This document shows, in pieces, positions 1 through 8,324 of a DNA stretch of 35,493 nucleotides (position 1 is its first letter; every line of letters starts with the position of its first letter). Position numbers and translations under genes: made by a program. The notes beneath the pieces are model-generated. The model was given only the letters and a program-made list of their open reading frames with translations, made no database searches and had not been told where the DNA came from. This DNA comes from an uncultured Spirochaetales bacterium (GTDB lineage Bacteria; Spirochaetota; Spirochaetia; CAKZLE01): assembly GCA_964564075.1 (NCBI GenBank), contig CAZLZY010000001.1:1-35493 (forward strand), read 5' to 3'.

Positions 1-65
1 ATGTTGATGTTCTTAACCCTCTACAGCAGTTTGCTGTACAAGGTGAGAATTCTCAAAGGCATCGA

Positions 66-1127
66 GTGGTAAACAATCTTCCAGGAACACCTGAATTTTG
101 TCCTCTCATAAAAAAAACTGAAACAATAGATGCATATATTTCGATGAATCTTAAAGAGAAGGCTCTTCAAGTTTCTTTAAAGATTCCAAAAGATATTGTA
201 ACTCGTGCAGCAGCATTCCTTCTACTCAAAGACTCAAGAGCGAGTTTTACTATAGAAAAAGAGGCTCCTTCTCATGAAAGAATTGAGCGATGGGGCAATG
301 CGATACGAGAGGCTGGGAAAAACCCCATAAGCAGTGATGAACTTATCCGTCTTCAGCGCATAGTAATCGGTAATAGTCGCTTTGTGAAGATAGGATTTAG
401 AGAGGCCGAAGGTTTTATAGGTGAACATGAAAGAGATACCGGGATGCCTCTTGTGGAACATATTAGTGCCAAAAGTGATGATATTGACTCTTTGATCAAG
501 GGAGTGATTGCCTATAATAAGAGAATAAAAGACGAAATTGACCCAGTCTCCGCTGCAGCTGCAATCGCTTTCGGGTTTGTTAATATTCATCCGTTTTCAG
601 ATGGGAACGGCCGAATTCATCGTTATCTCATCCATCATGTACTGACAGAAAACGGATATAATCCTCCAGGTATGATATTTCCCATATCGAGTTCGATGCT
701 AAAAGTTGTAATGGAGTATGGCTCTGTGTTAAGAGACTACTCACATAGCATTCTTCCTTTTATCAAATGGGAACCTACAAAGGATCATAACGTACAGGTG
801 CTGAACTCAACAATTGATTATTATCGTTATTTTGATGCTACACCGTATGCTGAATTCCTCTATCGTTGTGTAGAGGATACAATTGAGCATGATCTACCTG
901 AAGAGGCGCAATTCCTTGTGAAGTATGATCAGTTCCGAGTTACCGTGCAAGAGACCATTGAGATGCCTGACAGGATCGTCTACCTGCTTTATAGTTTTCT
1001 TTCACAAAATGGGAAGGGATTATCTAAGAGAGCTAAAGAGAATGAATTTGCTCAACTCACTGAAAATGAAATTGATTCCTTCGAGAAGTTGTACGAACAG
1101 TTGTTTGGCAATAGAGATCCACTATAA
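66..1127 (+). CDS. Fic-domain protein (AMPylase / adenylyltransferase family)
   Basis: 353-aa ORF with the canonical Fic active-site motif HPFSDGNGRIHR (HxFx[D/E]GNGRxxR). An N-terminal SFTIEK resembles the inhibitory [S/T]xxxE[G/N] helix of class II Fic proteins. The start is a GTG with only a weak AAAGG upstream, and the frame stays open back to base 3, so the gene may begin left of the window. Confidence 0.8.
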   Translation: MVNNLPGTPEFCPLIKKTETIDAYISMNLKEKALQVSLKIPKDIVTRAAAFLLLKDSRASFTIEKEAPSHERIERWGNAIREAGKNPISSDELIRLQRIVIGNSRFVKIGFREAEGFIGEHERDTGMPLVEHISAKSDDIDSLIKGVIAYNKRIKDEIDPVSAAAAIAFGFVNIHPFSDGNGRIHRYLIHHVLTENGYNPPGMIFPISSSMLKVVMEYGSVLRDYSHSILPFIKWEPTKDHNVQVLNSTIDYYRYFDATPYAEFLYRCVEDTIEHDLPEEAQFLVKYDQFRVTVQETIEMPDRIVYLLYSFLSQNGKGLSKRAKENEFAQLTENEIDSFEKLYEQLFGNRDPL

Positions 1128-1343
1128 GAAAGTCCATAGACACTTATATATATGGAGCTTTTGATTATTCTTTTTCAATAATTATCTATAACCTAGATTC
1201 CCTGTAAAAATACAGAGGAATTGGTGACAGACTCATAAAAACCATGGCTGCAAGAAAACCGCTATTCTAAGCACCTAGAGAAGCAATTTATTCTAAGATC
1301 TGTAGGTTCTATGTATTTGTAGCCTGGCTCTGTCGGTATAAGA

Positions 1344-1692
1344 TCACAGGAACCGAGCCTCATTTAATTCCCAATAAGCAGTAGATCCCAATAGTGCTGA
1401 GTTCTTTTTCGCATAATCAAAAGCTGTGTAACCAAAAGCATTTTTTATAGATCCGTTCGCTCCCGATCTAAGTAGAGCTAAGAAGACTTCGGTATTGGTG
1501 GTATAAGCAGCAGCCAACATGAGCGCGGTATATCCATCATTATCCCTTTGCATTCACATCGGCGCCAGCTTTGATGGCCTGTTGGATTTCTGCAATGGTT
1601 CCTGTTTCTGCAATTTCCAAGATGTTTGCTGATACTAGCATCAATGGACAACAGATAATCAATAAACCCAAACACAACACAAGCCTTTTCAT
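1344..1692 (-). pseudogene. Secreted ankyrin-repeat protein interrupted by a 1-nt frameshift
   Basis: ATG at 1692 is preceded by AAGAGG. The signal peptide is MKRLVLCLGLLIICCPLMLVSA, followed by ...IKAGADVNAKG and a stop at 1540-1542. The +1 frame continues with DNDGYTALMLAAAYTTNTEVFLALLRSGANGSIKN... Removing one G from the AAGGGAT run (CCC at 1544-1546 on the plus strand) restores the ANK consensus GADVNAKDNDGYTALM. Confidence 0.7.
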
Positions 1693-2256
1693 TGTATACC
1701 TCTTTTGTGAAATTCCCCCAAAGCTGTTATTAGGATACAAAATTGTCCTTGCTATCAGATGACTATATTTTTTCCTAAAAACGTTCCATACCGTATTATT
1801 ATTATTACTACTGCCGTCATTATTACAGCACCTTTAGCATAAAACAAGATTATGTGTGTCAAATCCTCCGAACTTTGGCACGATCCAAAATGAGGAATTC
1901 AAAGAAAACAATGAATAATACCCACTAAGGGTCATTATTTAGATCTTTTTGCAAAATATTCTCATGTATATATTCATCCTGCGACGTAATAAGGCTTTAT
2001 CTATGACACACGATTCAGGAAAGGAAATCGTTTGTTCTTATCAGTCATTCCAGAAAGAAAATCAGACAACCGGTTCCCCACATACAGGACAATACAACAT
2101 TGGGGTGATCGTTATTCTCCCATTCTAGTTCAACCATTGGAATACTCATAATCATACTCCTTCTTTTTATTTGTATTGGGATGGTATACCTCCAAGTGTA
2201 CGGTAACCTCCCTACTTTTTCGTAAGCGTCATGAAGAACCCCATAGGAGACAACTT

Positions 2257-2622
2257 ATGGGAAAGAAGAAACAACATACGTACTGAACCATTAGCAGTAC
2301 TCGAAGCCTAGACAATAGGGGGATGGCACTGTATGAGTTCTGTGAGCAGACAGGGGTGAATAAACGGATGGTATCAAACTGGTTGAAAGATCAAAGCCAT
2401 CAGACCAGTATGTTTGCCCCTGAATCTGAGCTGGATCAGCTATTCGTCTACAATAGTTAGGCCTCTGATACCCTCTCCATATCGGGAGAACTCACATTGA
2501 ATTTTAGCAAGCTCACTGGAGAGATGGTGTATTCAATAGATTCTGACCCTGATGAATCATTTCCTAATAGTCAACCCTCAATTAATTATGGTGGTTCTAT
2601 CATACTTCACTACTGCCTATAA
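2257..2622 (+). pseudogene. Fossil of a small HTH protein resembling an IS66-family Orf1/TnpA accessory protein (in-frame stops)
   Basis: A single frame reads MGKKKQHTY*TISSTRSLDNRGMALYEFCEQTGVNKRMVSNWLKDQSHQTSMFAPESELDQLFVYNS*ASDTLSISGELTLNFSKL..., with an in-frame TGA (2284-2286) and TAG (2458-2460). The HTH-like segment (LYEFCEQTGVNKRMVSNWLK) followed by F-V...I-S-G...L recalls IS66 Orf1 proteins. This is from memory, and no TnpB/TnpC lies nearby. Confidence 0.3.
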
Positions 2623-2646
2623 GAAAAAATCACTTTCATATCTTAG

Positions 2647-2684
2647 AGCAATAGCACAGGGTCCGGTGTTGTTGCTTTTTTTTT
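2647..2684 (+). terminator. Rho-independent terminator-like hairpin
   Basis: AGCAATAGCAC (2647-2657) pairs with GTGTTGTTGCT (2666-2676) to give an 11-bp stem including two G.U pairs. The loop is AGGGTCCG, followed by a run of 8 T. It lies downstream of the fossil ORF and 50 nt upstream of lplA. Confidence 0.5.
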
Positions 2685-2733
2685 CCTGTCTAACTATGAT
2701 GGGATTAAACATGAGTTATTTGGAGAGGAAGAT

Positions 2734-3747
2734 ATGAGTTCTGTGAAAGTGTTCTTTGCAAAAGAGTTTGACCCTTGGCTGAATCTAGCTACAGAGGATT
2801 GGCTCTATCATGATATGGATCCTTCTCAGAACGTACTATTTCTCTGGAGAAATAGCCCAACGGTCGTGATCGGTCGCTACCAGAACCCTTGGCAGGAGTG
2901 TAATCTTGATCAGATGGAATTTGATGGGGTAAAACTCGCAAGACGTCAGAGTGGTGGTGGTGCAGTATACCAGGATCTAGGGAACACGAACTTCACCTTC
3001 ATGTCTAGCAGAGCTGAATACAGTAAAGAACGTAACAACAGTATCATCATCAATGCCTTGAAGAACCTCGGTATTGACGCGACAGCGTCAGGAAGGAACG
3101 ACCTGATCGTCGATGAGAGAAAGTTCTCTGGAAGTGCCTTCAAACTCTCCAAGGATCGAGCATTTCATCATGGGACTATGCTCATCAATGCTGATATGAC
3201 TCGATTAGGCGAATATCTTACCCCTGATAAAGACAAGCTGAAAGCAAAAGGTATCAAATCTGTTAAATCACGAGTGACGAACCTTATCGAATATAAACCT
3301 GATATAACCCATGAAGTGCTTATGCCTCAGATCATCGAGGAGTTCTTCAAGACCTATGGACAGAGATGTGAGATCGAGGAACTCTCCTATGAGACGATCA
3401 CCGAGATCCCCCATCTTACCTCCTACTATGAGAAGATGAAAGATTGGGAATGGAGATTCGGGAAGACTCCTGAGTTCGAGTATGAGATCTCCCATCGTTT
3501 CGCTTGGGGAAAGATGAGTTTTCATTTTGATACCAAACACGGGAAGATAGAAGAGGTCCATATCTATTCAGATTCTCTCGTACCAGATATGGTAGAAGCC
3601 ATGATGAGTTCGCTACATGGGATCAGATTCAATCATCAGGACATTCGTAAAGCTCTAGCCGAGGTGTCAGAAAATATGAGTGAACATGCAGATAAGATCA
3701 ATGAGTGCTCAGCATTCCTACTCGAGGCGATCAGCTCTCTTTCTTGA
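2734..3747 (+). CDS. lplA: Lipoate-protein ligase A
   Basis: 337 aa, colinear with E. coli LplA: FDPWLNLATEDWL, LFLWRN.PTVVIGRYQNPWQECN, ARRQSGGGAVYQDLGNTNFTF, RKFSGSAFK, AFHHGTMLINAD, KGIKSVKSRVTNL. RBS GGAGAGGAAG precedes the ATG. Confidence 0.92.
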   Translation: MSSVKVFFAKEFDPWLNLATEDWLYHDMDPSQNVLFLWRNSPTVVIGRYQNPWQECNLDQMEFDGVKLARRQSGGGAVYQDLGNTNFTFMSSRAEYSKERNNSIIINALKNLGIDATASGRNDLIVDERKFSGSAFKLSKDRAFHHGTMLINADMTRLGEYLTPDKDKLKAKGIKSVKSRVTNLIEYKPDITHEVLMPQIIEEFFKTYGQRCEIEELSYETITEIPHLTSYYEKMKDWEWRFGKTPEFEYEISHRFAWGKMSFHFDTKHGKIEEVHIYSDSLVPDMVEAMMSSLHGIRFNHQDIRKALAEVSENMSEHADKINECSAFLLEAISSLS

Positions 3748-4462
3748 TGAATCTCACACAGCCGTTCTCTCTGTTTATCGCACGTCTGTGAGCATCTTGA
3801 GTGCCTCTCCAATCCTTATCACGATTCTCTGATTTATACATCTGAGTCATCCAATGAACATCTTCAGCTGTTTGGGAGAGCCATCTATCCATAGATGTGG
3901 ATATACTCCTTAAGAACTCCTGCTGCTGCTTGCCCTCTAACGCCTGAGTCGTTATATCAAGGACGACAGGATAATGATGCAGGCAGATCCCTTTTGACTT
4001 CTCTACTGCTTCTTTGAACTCAGGCTCAGAACCCCAAAGGAATACATACGTATAGGCATATCGTAATAGAGTCATCTCCATACTCTCACAGATGAGGCAT
4101 CCTGATTCTCTCTGTTTTAGGACTTCTCGTATCTGATCTGTTATCTTCTTAGCCTTCTTACCCTTCTTGATACTTTTCAGGGAATCCTGAAGTGGTTGCA
4201 ATGCTCTTTGTGTCTCAAGAAGATGTGTATGGGAGATCAAGGCCAAGCCCTGTGGTTTGGGTTCTTTAGCTAATGCTGAATAGTGGGCAGGACAGAAACC
4301 TACCGTATTCACCTTTACCCGTGTCTCCGGATTCATGACAGAACTCCCAAGATAGAAGTCGATATAACGTCGTTCTGCTTTTTCCATCAGAGAACAGAAA
4401 GGACATTCGGTATCTTCATACATCGCATCCCATACGGGGATCGTCTCAAGTTTGTACTTCAT
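3731..4462 (-). CDS. Hypothetical Cys-rich protein with an internally duplicated CxxC...CxxH module (recalls DUF6062; unverified)
   Basis: The ORF has AAGGAG 6 nt upstream of the ATG at 4462; the track start at 4468 is a TTG two codons upstream. Two modules are present: C20-x2-C23...C57-x2-H60 and C122-x2-C125...C160-x2-H163. Its 3' end overlaps the lplA 3' end by 17 nt (convergent). Confidence 0.6.
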   Translation of the reverse strand: MKYKLETIPVWDAMYEDTECPFCSLMEKAERRYIDFYLGSSVMNPETRVKVNTVGFCPAHYSALAKEPKPQGLALISHTHLLETQRALQPLQDSLKSIKKGKKAKKITDQIREVLKQRESGCLICESMEMTLLRYAYTYVFLWGSEPEFKEAVEKSKGICLHHYPVVLDITTQALEGKQQQEFLRSISTSMDRWLSQTAEDVHWMTQMYKSENRDKDWRGTQDAHRRAINRENGCVRFIKKES

Positions 4463-4499
4463 ATTCAACTCCTTCGTTATCCTACTGTGAAATAGTTCT

Positions 4500-4523
4500 C
4501 CAAGTCAAACACCAAGTCAAACA
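4500..4523. repeat. Perfect tandem duplication of the 12-mer CCAAGTCAAACA
   Basis: CCAAGTCAAACA occurs at 4500-4511 and again at 4512-4523. It ends 11 nt upstream of a candidate -35 (TTCCAA 4535-4540, N17, TATACT 4558-4563) for the binding-protein gene. Confidence 0.7.
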
Positions 4524-4585
4524 ACATTTCTCTCTTCCAACAATAGAGAAAATAGCATATACTTCTCAGACAAGGAGCCGTTTTG

Positions 4586-6199
4586 ATGAGAAATTTGCAC
4601 AGGTTGATCACCTTGCTAGTTCTTTTATGCATAGCTAACCCGTTATCAGCGTATATACCTCAGAAGAGTACTGACGCATATGCTTTGATAGATGCAAAAG
4701 AGCTCGTTGTCGCTTTTGATATGAATGAGGAACCTCTCTCCTTCAATATCCATAAATCAACGAACATCAATTCAGCCCAACTATTCACGGCTATCGCAGA
4801 GGGAATCGTCAGTTACAATCCCGTGACCCTCTCTCCAGCTCCAGGAACCGCAGCTTCGATCATCCAATCAGATGACAAGCTACAGTGGACGGTCAAGATC
4901 AGAGCTGATGCACGCTTCAGCAATGGAGATAAGATCACAGCGAAGACCTACCGTGACTCATGGATGAACCTGATCGATCCTAATACCCCAGGAGATCTCT
5001 CCAACCTTCTCGATATGGTAAAAGGGGTCAAAGACTATAGAACTGGAAAAGATACGAATCCTGAACATGTCGGGATCAGACTCATAGACCTACAGACCCT
5101 CACTTTGGACCTCAATGCACCATCCCCCTACCTACTCGATATTCTCTGTCACCATTCGTTTGCAGCCATGCATCCGGCTAACCTGAAGAATCAAAGGATC
5201 CTAAGCTCTGACACCTTCGTCAGTAGTGGAGCATTCAGGATCAAAGAGATGAATGACAAGGAGATCCTGTTAGAACAGAATCCCTATTATTGGGATAGGG
5301 CTTCAATCAAACTGGAGACCTTGAGGATAGAATTCAAAGAGACATCAATAGCTCTACTCTCAGAGTTCTCCGAAGGACTCGTCCACTGGTCTGAGACATA
5401 TCTCCCCATACCGATGTTACTTAATCAAGAAGACGTGACTGTCTTCCCGGAGTATTCAACGAGTTTCTTCTATTTCTCTGCTACTGAAGGACCCTTTGCA
5501 GACCCTGAGGTCCGAAGAGCTTTAGCTCTGATGATCCCCTGGGATACTGTCAGAGAGGAGTCAGCTTCCATCTATACCACCGATACGTTAGTACCTCAAG
5601 ATATCAAATATCATGGGACTTCTGGTTTTGAGGAGAAGAACACTGAAGAGGCATTAGCGATCCTCAAGAAGGTAGGATATCCTAACGGTGAAGGACTCCC
5701 CACGATGAACATCGCAATCTACCCCAATGCAAAATTGGAGAAAATGACCGATATCATCACCGATATTTGGAGTGAAGAACTTGGTATGATGATCATCATA
5801 GATGTCATCCCCTTCTCTCTCTATATTGAGAATCCTGAAGATTCTCCCTATGCGATGGCCTATATCACTTGGATCGGAGATTTTTATGACCCCTATAGTT
5901 TCTTGAGCCTTTGGACTTCGAACAGTGGATTCAATCCGAGCAGATACCATAATCCTGATTATGATCAGCTTATAGAGGATGCCCTAAATCAGAATACTGA
6001 TGCTAAACGTTATGAGGTCTTCAAACAGGCAGAACAACAACTGCTTGATACTGCAGTGGTCATCCCTATTGCTCATGGGGTATCTGTTAATTTCATTGAT
6101 GCTGAACAGGTCTCTGGGTGGTATCCAAATCTATTGAACATCCACCCCTTCAAATATATGGGTCTCAATCATACTGATTCAGTAACGAAATCATACTGA
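4586..6199 (+). CDS. ABC transporter substrate-binding protein, family 5 (peptide/oligosaccharide/nickel type), secreted or lipid-anchored
   Basis: About 537 aa. AAGGAG (4572-4577) lies 8 nt before the ATG at 4586. The signal sequence is MRNLHRLITLLVLLCIANPLSA. Length and motifs (NPYYWD, FYFS, ITWIGDFYDP) are typical of SBP_bac_5. No permease or ATPase genes are adjacent. Confidence 0.8.
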   Translation: MRNLHRLITLLVLLCIANPLSAYIPQKSTDAYALIDAKELVVAFDMNEEPLSFNIHKSTNINSAQLFTAIAEGIVSYNPVTLSPAPGTAASIIQSDDKLQWTVKIRADARFSNGDKITAKTYRDSWMNLIDPNTPGDLSNLLDMVKGVKDYRTGKDTNPEHVGIRLIDLQTLTLDLNAPSPYLLDILCHHSFAAMHPANLKNQRILSSDTFVSSGAFRIKEMNDKEILLEQNPYYWDRASIKLETLRIEFKETSIALLSEFSEGLVHWSETYLPIPMLLNQEDVTVFPEYSTSFFYFSATEGPFADPEVRRALALMIPWDTVREESASIYTTDTLVPQDIKYHGTSGFEEKNTEEALAILKKVGYPNGEGLPTMNIAIYPNAKLEKMTDIITDIWSEELGMMIIIDVIPFSLYIENPEDSPYAMAYITWIGDFYDPYSFLSLWTSNSGFNPSRYHNPDYDQLIEDALNQNTDAKRYEVFKQAEQQLLDTAVVIPIAHGVSVNFIDAEQVSGWYPNLLNIHPFKYMGLNHTDSVTKSY

Positions 6200-6203
6200 T
6201 TCG

Positions 6204-7730
6204 TTACTCTTCTTTCTCACCACGCCCATAGATATTCACCATATCACTGAACCTGCTAGCAATAAAATCCCTAAGAGCCCCAGCTTTGAGTCTCCAACTC
6301 CAATTATGAGGTCCTGCGGTCGCAGGAGTATTCATCCTGGCAGTACCATCAAGATTCAGGAGATCCTGCATCGGGATCACGACATATTTTGCCGCTGAAC
6401 TCAGCAGCACCCTGATCATGGACCAGGCAATATCTTCATCACCTCTTGCAAGATACTTTCTTACAAGATCTCGATATTCATCAGGAAGGGATTGATACCA
6501 GCCAACAGTCGTATCATTATCATGAGTCCCAGTATAAGCAACACAGTTGTACGGGAAGTTATGCGGAAGGAAATCATTATCAGGATCAAGTTTCCCCGGT
6601 CCGAGATAATCAAATGCGAACTGGAAGACCTTCATCCCTGGTAGTCCATAACTGTCTCTGAGCTCCTCTACCTCGGGTGTCATGACTCCGAGGTCCTCAG
6701 CTATGATCGGGATATCTCCACGGTGTGCACGGATCGCTTTGAAGAGCTCTTTCCCTGGAGCTTTCACCCAGCTTCCATTGATCGCTGTTGTCTCACCTGC
6801 AGGGACTTCCCAATAGGCGGAGAACCCTCTGAAGTGGTCGATCCTGATGATATCAGTGAGATCCAAGGCGGCATCGATCCGACTCAGCCACCAGGAGAAT
6901 CCCTCTTTCTCATTCACATCCCAGTTATATACGGGGGTACCCCATAACTGTCCAGTAGCACTGAAGAAGTCTGGGGGGACACCTGATATTGCAGAGAACT
7001 GCCGTTTTTCATCAGTCTTGAATAGATGAAGGTTCGACCAAGTATCGACACTATCTGAAGCTACAAAGATCGGTATGTCACCTACGAGCTGGATTCCCTG
7101 CTCATTCGTATAGGTTCGAAGTGCCTGCCATTGTAGGAAGAATAGGTACTGGAGAGTCTTCCAGATGACTATCTCATCGGATTTCTTCTCAGTCCAGCGA
7201 GCCATAGCCTTCGGTTCTCTATATCCGATATCAGCATCCCAGATGCTATGCCATCTTGAATCCTGATATTCTTCATAGATACTCATGAAAAGAGCATAAT
7301 CCTCAAGCCAGCTAACTTGTTTGCTACAGAACTTTTCATAGGATTTCTTTTGCTCAGTATCAGCACTACTCATGAACTCTGCTGCAGCCCTCTTGAGTAG
7401 TCTCATCTTCCAGCTATAGACCCTATCATATTCTACAGTCTCTTCATCAAATTCAGGATGGTTCGTTACGAGTTTCTCAGACAGTAATCCCATCTCGAGA
7501 AGGTTATCAAGACTGATAAGTAACTCATTCCCTGCAAAGGAAGAACGTGCAGAATATGGTGAGTTGCCATACCCGGTAGGGCCTAAAGGTAGTATCTGCC
7601 ATAATTTGGCACCAGAGGTCACAAGAAAATCGACGAATATATATGCTTCTCTACCTAGATCACCTATACCATGGCGGTTTGGTAATGAAGTTGGATGGAA
7701 TAGAATCCCTGCATGGCGTAGTTTTTTCAT
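6204..7730 (-). CDS. malQ: 4-alpha-glucanotransferase (amylomaltase, GH77)
   Basis: MKKLRHAGILFHPTSLPNRHGIGDLG is a typical MalQ N-terminus, and GH77 motifs follow (GDIPIFV, RIDHFRGF, IAEDLG, THDNDT). The 49 extra codons in the track ORF (to 7877) run through the carD promoter and start and are rejected. Confidence 0.9.
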   Translation of the reverse strand: MKKLRHAGILFHPTSLPNRHGIGDLGREAYIFVDFLVTSGAKLWQILPLGPTGYGNSPYSARSSFAGNELLISLDNLLEMGLLSEKLVTNHPEFDEETVEYDRVYSWKMRLLKRAAAEFMSSADTEQKKSYEKFCSKQVSWLEDYALFMSIYEEYQDSRWHSIWDADIGYREPKAMARWTEKKSDEIVIWKTLQYLFFLQWQALRTYTNEQGIQLVGDIPIFVASDSVDTWSNLHLFKTDEKRQFSAISGVPPDFFSATGQLWGTPVYNWDVNEKEGFSWWLSRIDAALDLTDIIRIDHFRGFSAYWEVPAGETTAINGSWVKAPGKELFKAIRAHRGDIPIIAEDLGVMTPEVEELRDSYGLPGMKVFQFAFDYLGPGKLDPDNDFLPHNFPYNCVAYTGTHDNDTTVGWYQSLPDEYRDLVRKYLARGDEDIAWSMIRVLLSSAAKYVVIPMQDLLNLDGTARMNTPATAGPHNWSWRLKAGALRDFIASRFSDMVNIYGRGEKEE

Positions 7731-7761
7731 ATTATACTTAGTATACGACAATCGGAACCCT

Positions 7762-7790
7762 TTGACTATACTGACAATATTGAGTATAGT
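7762..7790 (+). promoter_or_regulatory. Candidate sigma70 promoter of carD giving a leaderless mRNA
   Basis: TTGACT (7762-7767), N17, TATAGT (7785-7790). The A of the carD ATG (7797) is the 7th nt after the -10 box, and no SD is present. Confidence 0.5.
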
Positions 7791-7796
7791 ATTCAC

Positions 7797-8321
7797 ATGA
7801 ATTCTGCAGAAAAAAAAACCAAGCCACCGGCCGAAAGACAATTCTCTATCGAAGAGCATGTTGTCTACCCTCTTCAAGGGGTTGGTCTAGTCCAAGATAT
7901 CCAAAGTAAGGCATTTAAGAATAAAGAGATTCTCTATTACATCATCTATCTTGATATCTCAGACATGACAGTTATGATTCCCGTTGATAAAGCTTATGAG
8001 CTGGGGATTCGCGCTATAGTAAAACCGAAAGAAGCGAAGGCTGCTCTTGAGACTATCACAAGCACTTATGAGCCGGTAACTATCGATTGGAAGATGCGAT
8101 ACCAGATGAATCTAGACCTCCTCAAGGAAGGTACCGTGACATCTATCGCTCATGTTGTTCAAACACTATACCATAGAAGCAAGATCAAAGAACTTCCTGT
8201 TCAGGAGAGAAAACTCTTTGATAGTGCGATGAAGATCCTGATTGATGAGATCTCCTTCTCTCTTGAGAAACCAAAGAAAGAAGTCGAGAAGATGGTCTTC
8301 ATGCGGTTAGAAGCAGAGTAA
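7797..8321 (+). CDS. carD: CarD/CdnL-family RNA-polymerase-binding transcription regulator
   Basis: 174 aa. The N-terminal CarD_CdnL_TRCF-like segment is FSIEEHVVYPLQGVGLVQDI. The carD-ispD-ispF synteny is the same as in mycobacteria and other bacteria. Confidence 0.85.
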   Translation: MNSAEKKTKPPAERQFSIEEHVVYPLQGVGLVQDIQSKAFKNKEILYYIIYLDISDMTVMIPVDKAYELGIRAIVKPKEAKAALETITSTYEPVTIDWKMRYQMNLDLLKEGTVTSIAHVVQTLYHRSKIKELPVQERKLFDSAMKILIDEISFSLEKPKKEVEKMVFMRLEAE

Positions 8322-8324
8322 TCC

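Noticed and set aside
1133-1165. Weak hairpin TCCATA-N12-TATGGA followed by GCTTTTG after the Fic gene, considered as a terminator.
   Set aside because: It has only 6 AT-rich base pairs, a 12-nt loop and a poor U tract, so it is too weak to call.
1540-1553. Programmed +1 frameshifting at AAG-GGA-UAA in the ankyrin gene (prfB-like).
   Set aside because: There is no slippery P-site codon allowing re-pairing in +1 (AAG to AGG does not re-pair) and no upstream SD-like stimulator. A simple 1-nt insertion or a sequencing error is more parsimonious.
2284-2460. In-frame TGA and TAG in the HTH fossil as evidence of stop-codon reassignment.
   Set aside because: Well-supported genes in the same window terminate at TGA (purL, purF, bcp) and TAG (purM, purE, the KamA-like gene), so the standard code applies and the stops are inactivating mutations.
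7731-7877. N-terminal 49-codon extension of the malQ ORF given in the track (start 7877). Similar upstream extensions occur for bcp (15092), purM (23429), fusA (12490), atl (20331) and the Cys-rich protein (4468).
   Set aside because: The extensions have no homology to the respective families. They overlap neighbouring genes or promoters. Better internal starts exist, with an SD or a family-typical N-terminus.
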